A stretch of DNA of 64,000 nucleotides from an uncultured Candidatus Rokubacteria bacterium (GTDB lineage: Bacteria > Methylomirabilota > Methylomirabilia > Rokubacteriales > CSP1-6): assembly GCA_963789955.1 (NCBI GenBank), contig CAWBMV010000022.1:544001-608000 (forward strand), written 5' to 3'. The notes under the pieces are model-generated. The model was not told the origin of the DNA. It saw only the letters and a list, made by a program, of their open reading frames with translations, and made no database searches. Of this stretch, positions 28,010-38,926 are shown one piece after another (within the stretch, counting starts at the first letter, position 1; each line of letters begins with the position of its first letter). The position numbers and the translations under genes are program-made.

Positions 28010-30399
28010 ATGGCGAAGCCAAGACGCATCGACGGAATCGGCGCGCCGGTCAAGCGCCGAGAAGATGTGCGCCTGCTGACCGGTCAGGGCCGCTACGCCG
28101 AGGACTGGAACGCGCCGGAGCAGGCGTATGCGGCGTTCGTCCGCTCGCCGCACGCGCACGCCGACGTGACGTCGGTCGATTCGAAGCCCGCGCTGGCGCT
28201 CGCCGGCGTGCTCGGCGTGTTCACCGGGCACGATCTGGTCGCCGCCGGCATCGGGCCCATCCCGACCTTGATCGCGGAGCGCGGCGGCGGCATCCGGAGC
28301 CGCGACGGGTCGGCGTTCGCCGAGCCGTCGTGGTATCCGCTCGCGACCGACACCGTGCGCCACGTCGGCGAGCCCGTGGCGATCGTCGTCGCCGACACAC
28401 CCGCCGCCGCGCGGGACGCCGCCGACGCCGTGCGCGTGCGCTACGCCGAACGGCCGGCCGTGATCGACGCCGTCGCGGCGCTCGCGGCCGGCGCGCCGCG
28501 CCTGCACGCCGGGGTCGAGCGCAACCGGGCGTACGACTGGGAGTGCGGCGATCCTGACGCGACCGCGCGGGCGATCGCGGCCGCCGCGCACGTCGCGCGC
28601 CTGACGCTCGTCGACAACCGGCTCGTCACCTGCTTTCTCGAGCCGCGCGCGGCGCTCGCCGAGTGGGACGCCGGCGCCGGCCGCTACACCCTCTACGCGG
28701 GGCTTCAGAGCGTCCATCAGCTGGCGACGAACCTCGCGCGCATCCTCGGCGTCGCGGCCGACCGCGTGCGGTGCGTCACGGGCGACGTCGGCGGCGGCTT
28801 CGGCTCGAAGATCCAGGTGTACCCGGAGTACGTGGCGCTCGCGTGGGCGGCCCGCCGACTCGGCCGCCCCGTGAAATGGACGTCGAGCCGGTCCGAGGGG
28901 TTCGTCAGCGACGTCCAGTCGCGCGACCATCTGCTCCGCGGTGAGCTCGCGCTCGATGCGGCCGGACGCGTCACCGCGCTGCGCGTGCACTCGACGCCGA
29001 ACCTCGGCGCGTACGTCGCGCCGAGCATCCCGATCTCGACCCTCTCCAACATGGAGCGGATGATCTCCGGGCTCTATGCGATTCCCGCGATCCACCTCCG
29101 CGTCGAGGGCGCCTTGACCAACACGGTGCCCATCAACGTCTATCGCGGCGTCGGCCGTCTCGAGTGCGTCTACACGGTCGAGCGGCTGATCGAGCGGGCG
29201 GCGCGCGAGACCGGCCGCGATCGCGTGGCGATCCGGCGCGCCAACATGGTGCGGACCTTCCCGTATCGGACGGCCACCGGCGCGGTCTACGACTCCGGTG
29301 ACTACGTCGCGCGCCTGGACGAAGCGATCGAGCTCGCCGACACGGTGGGCTTCGCGTCACGGCGCGCCGACGCCGCGCGGCGCGGCCGGCTCCGCGGGCT
29401 CGGCGTCGGACCCTACATCGAGGGCACCGGCGGCGTGCCGCAGGAGTTCGCCGAGGTGCGCGTGCTGCCCGAAGGCGTGGTCGAGGTACCGATCGGCGCC
29501 ATCTCGCAGGGCCAGGGTCACGAGACGGTCTTCGCCCAGGTCGTCGCCGAGCGGCTCGGCCTGCCGTTCGAGGCCGTGCGCATCGTCATGGGCGACACCG
29601 ATCGCGTCGCGAAAGGCGTCGGCACGTTCGCGTCGCGGTCGATGGTGCGCGCGGGCAGCGCGGCCGTCGAGGCCTCGGACGGCGTCGTCGCCGCGGGGCG
29701 CACGATGGCGGCTCATCTTCTGGAAGCGGCGGTCGCCGACGTCGAGTACCAGGACGGCGCGTTCCGGGTCGTCGGGACCGATCGGGCGATCGGCATCTTC
29801 GATCTGGCACGCGCCGCCGCCGGCGGTCAGCTGCCGCCGGCGCTCGGCACCACGCTCGCCGCCGCGAAGATGCACGAGAACCCGGCGTTCGCGTTCGCCA
29901 ACGGCTGCGAAGTCTGCGAGCTCGAGGTCGATCCCGAGACCGGCGCGGTCCAGATCGTCGCGCTGACCATCGTCGACGACTCCGGCCGCTCGGTGAATCC
30001 GATGATCGTGCACGGCCAGATGCACGGGGCGGTCGCCCAGGGGATCGGCCAGGCGCTGACCGAGCGGTGTGTCTACGATCCGGCGAGCGGACAGCTCCTG
30101 TCGGGCTCGTTTCTCGACTACGCGATCCCGCGCGCCGACGATCTACCGTCGATCGCCGTCACGAGCCGCGACGTGCCGAGCCCGACGAACCCGCTCGGCG
30201 TCAAGGGCGCGGGCGAGGGGGGCACGGTCGGCGCGCCGGGCGCGGTGATCCACGCGATCCTCGACGCGCTGGCGCCGCTCGGCGTCACGCACATCGATAT
30301 GCCGGCCACGCCCGAGCGGTGTGGCGCGCGATCCAGGTTGCCGAAAAAGGCCGATCTGCTTCGTTGCCGCCCTCGGCCGCGCGCTCAACGTACATTTAG
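28010..30399 (+). CDS. Xanthine dehydrogenase/CoxL-family molybdopterin-binding large subunit (frameshift near 30320)
   Basis: RREDVRLLTG.G.Y, RSPHAHA, EPRA, DVGGGFGSK, YRGVGR, QGQGHET, NPMIVHGQ.HG, KGAGEGG. Confidence 0.92.
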
Positions 30400-30460
30400 T
30401 ACGCCTCGCGCGCGGCCTTCGGGCGGCGCCTCGCATCTCGACCTTTTTCGACAACCTGGA
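30332..30460. mobile_element. MITE-like 129-bp palindromic element with 23-bp terminal inverted repeats
   Basis: TCCAGGTTGCCGAAAAAGGCCGA vs reverse complement of right end TCCAGGTTGTCGAAAAAGGTCGA (21/23); internal stems GCCGCCC/GGGCGGC, GGCCGCGCGC/GCGCGCGGCC, CGTAC-ATTTA-GTACG. Confidence 0.65.
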
Positions 30461-30482
30461 CTGCTTCGCAAACAGCCTGAGG

Positions 30483-31532
30483 CTACGGCTCGCCGAGAAA
30501 AGCGCGGAGGCGCCGCCATGCGACCCGCAGGCCGGCGATCACCGGAACCGAGAGGAACATCCCCGCCACGCCGGCCAGCTCGCCGCCCGCCAGCACGCCG
30601 AAGATCACGAGCGCGGGATGCAGCTCGACGCCGCGCCCCATGATGAGCGGGCTCGAGACGTAGTCCTGAACGAGACGCCAGATCAGGATGAAGAGCGCCA
30701 GGAGCCAGGGGTGCTCGAACCCGCTGAACAGGGCGACCGACACGACGGTGATCCCCGCGGCGGCGGGGCCGACCACGGGCAGGAACTCGAGCGCCCCGCC
30801 GATCGCCGCGAGCACCAGCGCGTACGGGACGCCCGTGATCAGGAACAGCGCGGTCCAGACGACGAAGGTCAGGGCGCAGAGCAGGACCAGGGCGCGGACG
30901 TATTCTCCGAAGACGCTGTGCAGATCGCGGGCGATCGTCCTCGCGAGCCCGCGCCCCCCGCCCTCGTCGTCGATCGCGCCGGTCACCGAATTCGCGATCC
31001 GCTCGGCGTCGCGCAGGAAGAAGAACGCGAAGATCGGCACCATGATGACGACCCACGCGCCCGACAGCCAGCCCAGGGCGCCGGTGAGAGCATGCTGCGC
31101 GTACTCGACGACCTGCGGCAGGTGCGCTCGGACCATTTCGTCCAGGATCTCCGCGCCGGCCCAGTGCGGAAAAATGTTGCTGATCACCCGGCCGCTCTGG
31201 ATCTGGGTCGAGATATCCGGGAACTTCTGGCCGAGCGCGGCCAGCTCGCGGCCGAGCCGCGGGCCGACCAGCGCGATCAAGGTGCTCAGCCCGGCGAGGA
31301 CGACGAGATAGACCACGCCGATCGCCAGCGGACGCCGGCCCGAGCGCGGCAGGCCGCGCTCGACGAGCTTCACCAGCGGAAAGATCAGGTACGCGAGGAC
31401 CACGGCGAAGATCAGCACCAGCAGGACCGTCCGCAAGAGATAGAGGAGCGCGAGGGCGCCGGCGACGACCAGGATGGTCCACACCACGCGCAGGGTCTTG
31501 AGATCGAGGATGCGGGGTGGCGCGGACGGCAT
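30483..31532 (-). CDS. AI-2E family transporter
   Basis: AVVLAYLI.PLV, FFFLRD, GVPYALVLA, EFLPVVGP, QDYV.SPLIMG..VELHP, G.AGMFLSVP. Confidence 0.9.
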   Translation of the reverse strand: MPSAPPRILDLKTLRVVWTILVVAGALALLYLLRTVLLVLIFAVVLAYLIFPLVKLVERGLPRSGRRPLAIGVVYLVVLAGLSTLIALVGPRLGRELAALGQKFPDISTQIQSGRVISNIFPHWAGAEILDEMVRAHLPQVVEYAQHALTGALGWLSGAWVVIMVPIFAFFFLRDAERIANSVTGAIDDEGGGRGLARTIARDLHSVFGEYVRALVLLCALTFVVWTALFLITGVPYALVLAAIGGALEFLPVVGPAAAGITVVSVALFSGFEHPWLLALFILIWRLVQDYVSSPLIMGRGVELHPALVIFGVLAGGELAGVAGMFLSVPVIAGLRVAWRRLRAFLGEP

Positions 31533-31562
31533 GGCCGGCACGATTCTAGACCAATACGGCAA

Positions 31563-32846
31563 TCAGCCGCGCTGCGGCTGGGCGGTCGCGGTCGGCTGGC
31601 GCCGGCGCTGCCACAGGCTCGCCCGCCATCTGATCCCGATCAGCAAGGTGAACACCAGCCCGACCAGCGACAAGACGCTGATCGTCATCGGGTAGCCGAT
31701 GCGCTCGATCAGGACGCCCGAGCTCATCAGGCCGAGCGGCATGCCGTAGATCGCGAGCGTCCGCACACCCATCACGCGCGCCCGGAAGCGCTCGTCCGAG
31801 GCGTTGAGCAGATTGGCGGTCATCGCGATCATCGCGATGCTCTGGACGAAGCCCGCGACCACGAGCGCGAAGAGACCCGGGCCCATGCTCTGGAGGTGGC
31901 CGAAGGTCAATAGGATTGCGTACCAGACCGCCGTGTAGACCAGCACGGATCGCGCGAGCCGGCGTGGGCCGCCCGTCGCGACCGTGGCGATCGAGCCAAG
32001 GAGGCTGCCGAGCGCGAAGCTGGCGGCGAGCCAGCCGAGCCCGGTCGCGTCCACGAGGAAGATGCGCTTGGCGACGTAGGGCAGGAGCCCGCTCGAGATC
32101 GGATACGCCGTCAGGTTGATCAGGAACGCGAGCCACATCATCGCCAGCAGCTCGGGCGTTCTCAGGACGTAGAGCAGACCGTCCTTGAGCTCGCGGCGCC
32201 GCGACGGAACCAGCGCGACGTCGTGACCCTCCGCGGACGCCTCGCCGGGCGATCCGCCGGGATCGGGCGCCGGGCGCCTTCGCGCCACCTCCCACGTGAG
32301 CACGAGGCTGGCCGCGTAGAGGCTCGTCACCAGGACGTAGGTTCGCTCGATGCCGAGCAAGGTCGAGAGCTCGGCGCCGGCGAGCGCGCCGACCACCCGC
32401 GCCAGATCCATCGTGGCGCGCGACAGACCGACCGCGCCCATCAGGTGCGGCGGCGGAATCGTCTCGCCGATGAGCGCGTTGCGGAGCACCTGATCGTTGG
32501 GGCGGACGATGCCGGCGAGCGCGGCGACCACGAACACCCAGCCCGGCGTCAGCCGTCCGGTCAGGGTCAGCACCAGGACACAGGCGGCGAGGACGGCGTA
32601 GATCGCGCGCATCGCCGAGAGCATCACCCGTCCGCCGAGCCGGTCCCCGAGCACGCCGAACATCGGCGAGGCGAGCGTGCCCAGAAGGAGCAGCGAGCCG
32701 AAGGCGGTGAGCAGCAGGACCGAGCCGGTCTGCACCATCACGTACCAGCCCAGGATGACCGTCTCCATCTCGAATGCCAGCGACGTGAGAAGGTCGGCGG
32801 GCCACTGGAAGCGGAAGCTACGGACGCGGAACGCGGCGGGTAGCAG
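31563..32846 (-). CDS. MFS transporter (start approximate)
   Basis: About 12 hydrophobic segments; FRVRSFRFQW N-terminus in frame upstream of the ORF-track start; G.LGDRLG motif A; RARVMG. Confidence 0.85.
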   Translation of the reverse strand: MLPAAFRVRSFRFQWPADLLTSLAFEMETVILGWYVMVQTGSVLLLTAFGSLLLLGTLASPMFGVLGDRLGGRVMLSAMRAIYAVLAACVLVLTLTGRLTPGWVFVVAALAGIVRPNDQVLRNALIGETIPPPHLMGAVGLSRATMDLARVVGALAGAELSTLLGIERTYVLVTSLYAASLVLTWEVARRRPAPDPGGSPGEASAEGHDVALVPSRRRELKDGLLYVLRTPELLAMMWLAFLINLTAYPISSGLLPYVAKRIFLVDATGLGWLAASFALGSLLGSIATVATGGPRRLARSVLVYTAVWYAILLTFGHLQSMGPGLFALVVAGFVQSIAMIAMTANLLNASDERFRARVMGVRTLAIYGMPLGLMSSGVLIERIGYPMTISVLSLVGLVFTLLIGIRWRASLWQRRRQPTATAQPQRG

Positions 32847-32861
32847 GGTCGAGTACGGGCC

Positions 32862-33698
32862 TCAGCCGGCCAGGCGCTCGATGGCCGACACGTCGTCGGC
32901 CGAGAGCGCGAGATCGCGGCTCGCGAGATCCTGCTTCATGTGCCCATCGTCGGAGGTCCCGGTCAGCGGCAGCATGCCCACCGCGAGCGCGAACCGGAAG
33001 ACGACCTGAGCGGGGGTCGCCCGCACGCGCGCGGCGATCTCGCCGACCTTGCGACTGTGCAGCACCTCGACGTTGGCGGTGAGGAGCGAGAAGCCCTGAT
33101 AGACGATGTTGTGCTCGCGGCAGAACGCGCGCACGTCGCGATCCCAGCCGACCCGGGCGAAGCATCGGTTCTGCACGAACGCCGGTGTCTCGGCGCCGGT
33201 CGCCATCATCTGGTCGAGATGGCGCAGCGACACGTTGCTCACGCCGAGCATCCGGGTGCGGCCGCCGTCGCGCTCCTTGACCATCGCGGCCCAGACCTCG
33301 GCGTCGTGCTCGGTCCAGCCGTAGCCGGACGCCGGACCGTGCAACACGTAGCTGTCGACGTGATCCGTTCCGAGGTGCTCGAGCGAGCTGGCCATCGACT
33401 GCGCGACCTGGGTCGACAGCGGGGCGGCCGGATCGTACGGGAGCCGATGGTCCTGCCCGCCCTCGTACGTGAACTTGGTCTGGAGGAAGAGATCGGCGCG
33501 CGTGACGAGGCCCGCGCGGTAGGCGGCGGCGAGCGCCTGGCCGACCCCCGCTTCGAAATAGTGGCGCCGCTGATTCGCGGTGTCGATCCCGCGGAAGCCC
33601 GCCCGCAGCGCCAGCTCGGTCAGCGCCGGCGTCCGGTCTTCCTTCCAGGCGGTGCCGTAGAGGAAATCGGGGGCGCGCGCTGGCTCCGTTGCCGGCAT
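32862..33698 (-). CDS. Aldo/keto reductase
   Basis: YGTAWK, GFRGIDTA, FLQTKF, SL..L.TD..D.Y.LH.P, LGVSN, QNR. Confidence 0.88.
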   Translation of the reverse strand: MPATEPARAPDFLYGTAWKEDRTPALTELALRAGFRGIDTANQRRHYFEAGVGQALAAAYRAGLVTRADLFLQTKFTYEGGQDHRLPYDPAAPLSTQVAQSMASSLEHLGTDHVDSYVLHGPASGYGWTEHDAEVWAAMVKERDGGRTRMLGVSNVSLRHLDQMMATGAETPAFVQNRCFARVGWDRDVRAFCREHNIVYQGFSLLTANVEVLHSRKVGEIAARVRATPAQVVFRFALAVGMLPLTGTSDDGHMKQDLASRDLALSADDVSAIERLAG

Positions 33699-33779
33699 GG
33701 CGTCATTCTGCCACGACCGCCGCGCCGTAGCCTTCGATTCCGGCTCGTGCTAACGTCCAGCGCGAGGAGCGATCCGGCC

Positions 33780-34857
33780 ATGAAGCTTTCGTTCTTCGAA
33801 ACCGCGCGTTACCAGGCGTCGAAGCCCCTGCCGATCGGAGTGGCCGGTGCCGTCCGGCTCGTACGACCCCGAGGCGGGTGCCCGGGCCTATCGCGGGATG
33901 ATCGAGCGGCTCGAGCTCGTCGAGGCGCTCGGCTTCGACTGGGTGAGCGTCTCCGAGCACCACTACTCGCCGCGAATCCTGACGCCGTCCCCGATCGTGT
34001 CCGCGGCGTTTCTGGCCGCGCATCTGAAGAAGATCAAGATCGCGCTGCTCGGCCCGATCATTCCGCAGAGCAATCCGGTGCGCGTGGCCGAAGAGATCGC
34101 GATGCTCGACACGATGGCCCAGGGACGCCTGATCGTCGGCCTGCTGCGCGGGACGTCGAACGAGTCGCTGACCTACGATCTCAACCCGGCGGAGGCGCGC
34201 GAGCGGACCGACGAGGGCATGGAGCTGGTTCTCAAGGCGTGGACGGAGCCGCAGCCGTTCGGCTGGCAGGGACGACACTACCGCTACCGCACGATCTCGA
34301 TCTGGCCGCGCCCGCTGCAGCAGCCGTATCCGCCGACGTTCGCGCTCGGCACGAGCCGCGAGTCGTGCGACTTCGCGGCGCGTCACCGTCTCGGCTGCGG
34401 CGTCTCCTACGGCTCGTTCGAGAGCGTGGGCAAGGCCACGCGCTACTACCGGGAGCGGTGCGCGCACTACGGCTGGCAGCCGTCGCCGGAGCAGATCATC
34501 TACCGGGCGAACATGCTGCTCGCCGACTCCGACGACGAAGCCCAGGAGGCGCTGCGCAAGCTGCCGGGCCAGGCGCCGTTCACCATGCGGCCCGGCGTGC
34601 GCGACGCGATGATGACGCTCGATTCGCGCAACATCGCCGGGGAGGCGCGGGCTCCGATCGTGAGCGGCGCCTTGCCGACGACGTTCGTCGGCAGTCCCGA
34701 CACGGTGGTCGAGCAGGTGCGCCGCTGCCGCGACGTGGTCGGGGCCGGCGTGCTCGACCTGTCGCTGCACCCGCCCGGGTCCAGCAGCCTCGATCCGCTC
34801 ATGCGCGCGCTGGAGCTCTTCGGCAAGAAAGTGCTCCCGCGGATCCGCGACATCTAG
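33780..34857 (+). CDS. LLM-class flavin-dependent oxidoreductase (frameshift near 33835)
   Basis: MKLSFFE start; LGFDWVSVSEHHY, NPVRVAEE.AMLD, WPRPLQQPYPP, VGSPDTV. Confidence 0.88.
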
Positions 34858-34869
34858 AGAGGCGCCGAC

Positions 34870-35665
34870 ATGGCCGACACCGCATTTCGCGAAGGACACG
34901 TCGACGCCGACGGCTTCCGGATCCGCTACATGCAGGCGGGCGACGGCGTTCCGCTCGTCCACCTGCACGGCGCCGGCGGATTACGGCTGACGCCCGCGCA
35001 CGATCTCCTGGCTCGCCAGTGTCCGCGTCGTGGCGTTCGAGATGCCGGGCTTCGGCGACTCGCCCGTGAACACGCGTACCGAGACCATGGCCGAGATGGC
35101 GTCGACGATCGTGCGCGCGATCGACAAGATCGGCCTCGACTCCTTCAACCTGATGGGCACGTCGTTCGGCGGGAAGGCGGCGCTGTGGGTGGCGCTCCAG
35201 GCCACCGGGCGCGTGCCGGCGCTCGTGCTCGAGGCGCCGGCGGCCATTCGCCAGGAGGGCGCCGCGCCGCCGTCGGGGACACCCGAGGAGATCGCGCGAC
35301 GCCTCTACGCGCACCCGGAGCGGATGGCGTCGATCCCTCCGATCGATCCGGCGGCCCGGGCGAAGGCTCAGCCACTCGTCCAGCGGCTGCTCGGACCGCA
35401 CCGTGATGCGGATCTCGAGAGCCGGCTCCAGGATCTCTCGACGCCGACGCTCGTGCTGTTCGGCACGCTCGACGGTGTCATCGCGCCGGCGATGGGCAGG
35501 ATCTACAAGGACCTGATGCCCAACTGCCATCTCGTCTTCGTGTACGACGCGGCACACGCCATCAGCACCGATCGCCCGGAGGCGTTCACCGAGGTCGTGG
35601 TCGATTTCCTCGAGCGTCATGAGGCGTTCGTCATCAGTCGCGCGGAGACGGTGATCCACCCCTAG
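34870..35665 (+). CDS. Alpha/beta hydrolase (frameshift near 35020)
   Basis: LVHLHGAGG, PGFG.S, GTSFGG, PTLVLFG..D, AAH...DRPE. Confidence 0.85.
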
Positions 35666-35695
35666 GAATCCACCTCGTCGATGAGGAGGATCGCA

Positions 35696-37261
35696 ATGGC
35701 TCGCCTGTCGTCACTCGTATCGCTGACCGCCGTCCTCCTGGCACTCGCGTGCTCCGCGTCGGCTCAGGTCACGCCGCCGGCGCGCACGGACACACCGGCG
35801 GGGCGGTCCGACGCGCCCGCCGGTCAGGTCACGTTCGCCGTGACCGTCACGCTCGCGCCCACCTGGTTCGATCCGGCCGAAACGCCGGGCGTGATCACGC
35901 CGTTCCTCACGCTCTACGCGCTCCACGACGCGCTGGTGAAGCCGATGCCCGGCAACGCATGGGCGCCCTGCCTGGCCGAGTCGTGGACGATGTCGAAGGA
36001 CGGCCTCGCCTACGAGTTCGTGCTCCGCAAGGGCGTGCGGTTTCACAACGGCGATCCGCTGACCGCCGAGGACGTGAAGTTCTCGTTCGAGCGCTACAAG
36101 GGCGGGGGTGCGACGACCTTGAAGGCGCGCGTGGCGGCGGTCGAGGTCGTCGATCCGCTGCGCGTGCGGTTCCGGATGAAGCAGCCGTGGCCCGACTTCA
36201 TGACGTTCTACGCGACGCCGGCCACCAGTGCGGCCTGGATCGTGCCCAAGAAGTACATGGAGCGCGTCGGCGACGACGGCTTCAAGAAGGCTCCGGTCGG
36301 CGCGGGGCCGTACCGCTTCGTCTCGTTCAATCCCGGCGTCGAGCTGGTCATGGAGGCCTACGACGGGTACTGGCGCAAGACACCGTCGGTGAAGCGCGTG
36401 ATCCTCAAATCCGTCCCGGACGAGTCCACTCGCATGGTGATGGTCAAGCGCGGTGAGACGGACATCGCCTACGGGCTTCGCGGTCCGGACGCGGAAGAGG
36501 TGCGGCGCTCCCCCGGTCTCACGCTGAAGGTGGTACTGCCGACGGTCAGCCAGTGGCTCACGTTCACCCAGCAGTGGGATCCGAAGTCGCCGTGGGCGGA
36601 CCAGCGCGTGCGGTTGGCCGTGAATCTCGGCATCGATCGCAAGACGTTCAGCGATGCCGAGTACCTCGGGCACGGCCGGCCGGCGCCGTCGATCATTCCA
36701 CGCGACTTCGAGTTCTACTGGGCGCCGTCGGCCTATCCCTACGATCCGCCCCGGGCGAAGAAGCTCCTGGTCGAGGCGGGCTATCCCAAGGGCTTCGATG
36801 CCGTCGAGGTCGCCACCGACGTGGTGTTCGCGCCCGAGGCCGAGGCCGTGGTCAATGGTCTGCAGTCGATCGGGATCCGCGCGCGCCTACGCCCGATGGA
36901 GCGCGCGAGCTTCTACAAGGCCGACCAGGAACGGCAGTTCAAGTACCTGGTGCGCGTCGGCAGCGGCGCCGCGGGCAACGCCGCGACGCGGATCGAGGCG
37001 TTCGTGATCTCCGGCGGGATTCGCTCGTACGGCGGCTATCCGGACATCGACGCGCTCTTCCGCGATCAGGCCGGCGAGATGGATCCCAAGCGCCGCGAGG
37101 CGCTGCTCCAAAAGATCCAGCAGCTCATGTACGAGCGCGCCATGTTCGCGCCGATCGTGGAGCAAGCCGGACTGATCGGCGTCGGGCCCCGGCTGGCCGA
37201 GGTGCCGACCATTACGGGGCACCCGTTCGTCTCGCCGTACGAGGACCTCAGGCTCAAGTAG
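35696..37261 (+). CDS. ABC transporter substrate-binding protein, family 5 (peptide/nickel-like)
   Basis: Signal peptide; LAESW, LRKGVRFHNGDPLTAEDVKFS, PVGAGPY, D.RVR.A...IDR, AKKLL.EAGY; no permease genes adjacent. Confidence 0.92.
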   Translation: MARLSSLVSLTAVLLALACSASAQVTPPARTDTPAGRSDAPAGQVTFAVTVTLAPTWFDPAETPGVITPFLTLYALHDALVKPMPGNAWAPCLAESWTMSKDGLAYEFVLRKGVRFHNGDPLTAEDVKFSFERYKGGGATTLKARVAAVEVVDPLRVRFRMKQPWPDFMTFYATPATSAAWIVPKKYMERVGDDGFKKAPVGAGPYRFVSFNPGVELVMEAYDGYWRKTPSVKRVILKSVPDESTRMVMVKRGETDIAYGLRGPDAEEVRRSPGLTLKVVLPTVSQWLTFTQQWDPKSPWADQRVRLAVNLGIDRKTFSDAEYLGHGRPAPSIIPRDFEFYWAPSAYPYDPPRAKKLLVEAGYPKGFDAVEVATDVVFAPEAEAVVNGLQSIGIRARLRPMERASFYKADQERQFKYLVRVGSGAAGNAATRIEAFVISGGIRSYGGYPDIDALFRDQAGEMDPKRREALLQKIQQLMYERAMFAPIVEQAGLIGVGPRLAEVPTITGHPFVSPYEDLRLK

Positions 37262-37262
37262 C

Positions 37263-38285
37263 TCAGAGCCGATAGATGCGCGCGGCCGTGTCGTGGAAGA
37301 GCTTGGCCTTTTCAGCGGCCGAGAAGCTCGCCGTCAGGCGCTTGAACGAGTTCCAGAGCACCGTGTAGCTGCAGCTCGCCATGTCGACCGGGAAGTTGGA
37401 CTCGAACATGCAGCGCTCGGCGCCGAACTTCTCGATCGTGAAATCGTAGTAGTGCCGGGTCGCGTCGCAGAGCTCCTGGCTGCCCGGCGGGCGCGAGCGC
37501 TCGTGCCAGCCGAAGCCGTTGATCTCCATGTTGATCCCGCCGAGCTTGGCGACGACGTTCGGGCAGGTGGCGAGCTCGCTGATCGACTTCTTCCACTCGG
37601 CGTAGATGTCCTTGGCGCGGCCGGCGTACGGGCCGATGCCGAGCGGGCCGCCGAAGTGGTTGAGGATGATGGTGGTGGAGGGAAACGCGCGCGCGAGCGA
37701 GGTGACGTCCGGGATCTGGTGATGATAGAGCCACGCCTCGAAGGTGAGCTTGCGCGGCGCCAGCTGCTTGAACCCCACGCGGAAGTCGTCACGCAGCAGC
37801 AGGCCCTGTCCCGGGTTGGTGCGATGGCTCGGCACGGCCTGATTGGGGTCCCACGCCGCGCCCAGACGAATGCCACGAAATCGGCCGCCGCCCGCGGCGA
37901 TCTGCGCGTCGAGCACGGCGCCCACGGCATCGCCCAGGCGAAGATTGGCCGTGCCGATGATGCCGGCCGCGATGCGCGTCTTGCCGTAGAGCCCGGAGGC
38001 GCTCATCGCCGCGATCCCGTTCACGAACTCGGTCTCGCCGACCGGGCGCAGCGCCTCCGGCCCGTCCTGCTTGAACATCGCCCCGCACTCGATGAACACC
38101 GTCGACACGATGTTGTGGCCGGCGCTCACGTCGGCCACGATCTCGTCGATCAGATAGCGCGATGCGGTGCGCGCGGTGTTCTGGTCCCAGAGGTGGTGAT
38201 GCGGGTCGCAGATCGGCAGATCGGGTTCGAGCGCGGGCTCGACGGTCTGGGCGAGCCAGTCGTGGTTCTTCGAGCGTGCCGTCAT
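37263..38285 (-). CDS. Amidohydrolase family protein (Amidohydro_2, lactonase-like)
   Basis: ICDPHHHLW, RPVGETEF, FRGIR, LNHFGGP, KLGG, RCMFESNFPVD. Confidence 0.9.
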   Translation of the reverse strand: MTARSKNHDWLAQTVEPALEPDLPICDPHHHLWDQNTARTASRYLIDEIVADVSAGHNIVSTVFIECGAMFKQDGPEALRPVGETEFVNGIAAMSASGLYGKTRIAAGIIGTANLRLGDAVGAVLDAQIAAGGGRFRGIRLGAAWDPNQAVPSHRTNPGQGLLLRDDFRVGFKQLAPRKLTFEAWLYHHQIPDVTSLARAFPSTTIILNHFGGPLGIGPYAGRAKDIYAEWKKSISELATCPNVVAKLGGINMEINGFGWHERSRPPGSQELCDATRHYYDFTIEKFGAERCMFESNFPVDMASCSYTVLWNSFKRLTASFSAAEKAKLFHDTAARIYRL

Positions 38286-38470
38286 GGCGGGTCGTCTCCC
38301 TCGCGTCGCGTCATTCGTCGGTCCGGGCGCCACGCGCGCCCATGATGCGCCAGTCGCCCGGCCGACCGCAAACGGGTGTGGAGCCCCTGAATGCGCGCGA
38401 TGTCGCCGGACCGCCGCTCCGAACGTATAATCCGGAGGAGCGCACAACTCGACGCGCCAGGAGGCGGACG

Positions 38471-38896
38471 ATGGCGGTGCAGACCTCACGAGAGCCGATC
38501 CGACCGGTGACGGGAACGCACGTGTTCCGGATTCAGCACGAAGGGATCGCGACGGCCGACGCCGAGCGGTCGAAAGACTTCTATTGCCGGGTGTTCGGGT
38601 TCCAGGTGCTGCCGCGGCCGGCGTTCACGTCCGGCGGTTACTGGCTCGGCACGCCCGGGATCTTTCCGCAGATTCACATCATCCAGTCGCAGATGCAGCC
38701 GCCCGGGGCCGCCGCGCCGATCAGCCCGCTCGGCCGCCACACGTGCTTCGAGGTGGTCGACTACGAGGCGATGAAGGCCACGCTCGAGCGCGAGGGCATC
38801 AAGTACGTCGAGAACACGCAGCCCGGCGGGCGCGTGCAGATGCTGTGCAACGACCCGGACGGTAACACCCTGGAGTTCCAGCCCGCGACGGTGTGA
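38471..38896 (+). CDS. VOC/glyoxalase family protein
   Basis: [44 protein letters not shown] upstream. Confidence 0.85.
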   Translation: MAVQTSREPIRPVTGTHVFRIQHEGIATADAERSKDFYCRVFGFQVLPRPAFTSGGYWLGTPGIFPQIHIIQSQMQPPGAAAPISPLGRHTCFEVVDYEAMKATLEREGIKYVENTQPGGRVQMLCNDPDGNTLEFQPATV

Positions 38897-38926
38897 TCGC
38901 GGGTCTCCTGGTCGGCGCGCCAGGCC

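Noticed and set aside
28010..30399. Aerobic CO dehydrogenase (coxL) call for either Mo subunit
   Set aside because: No AYxCSFR motif and no coxM/coxS neighbours
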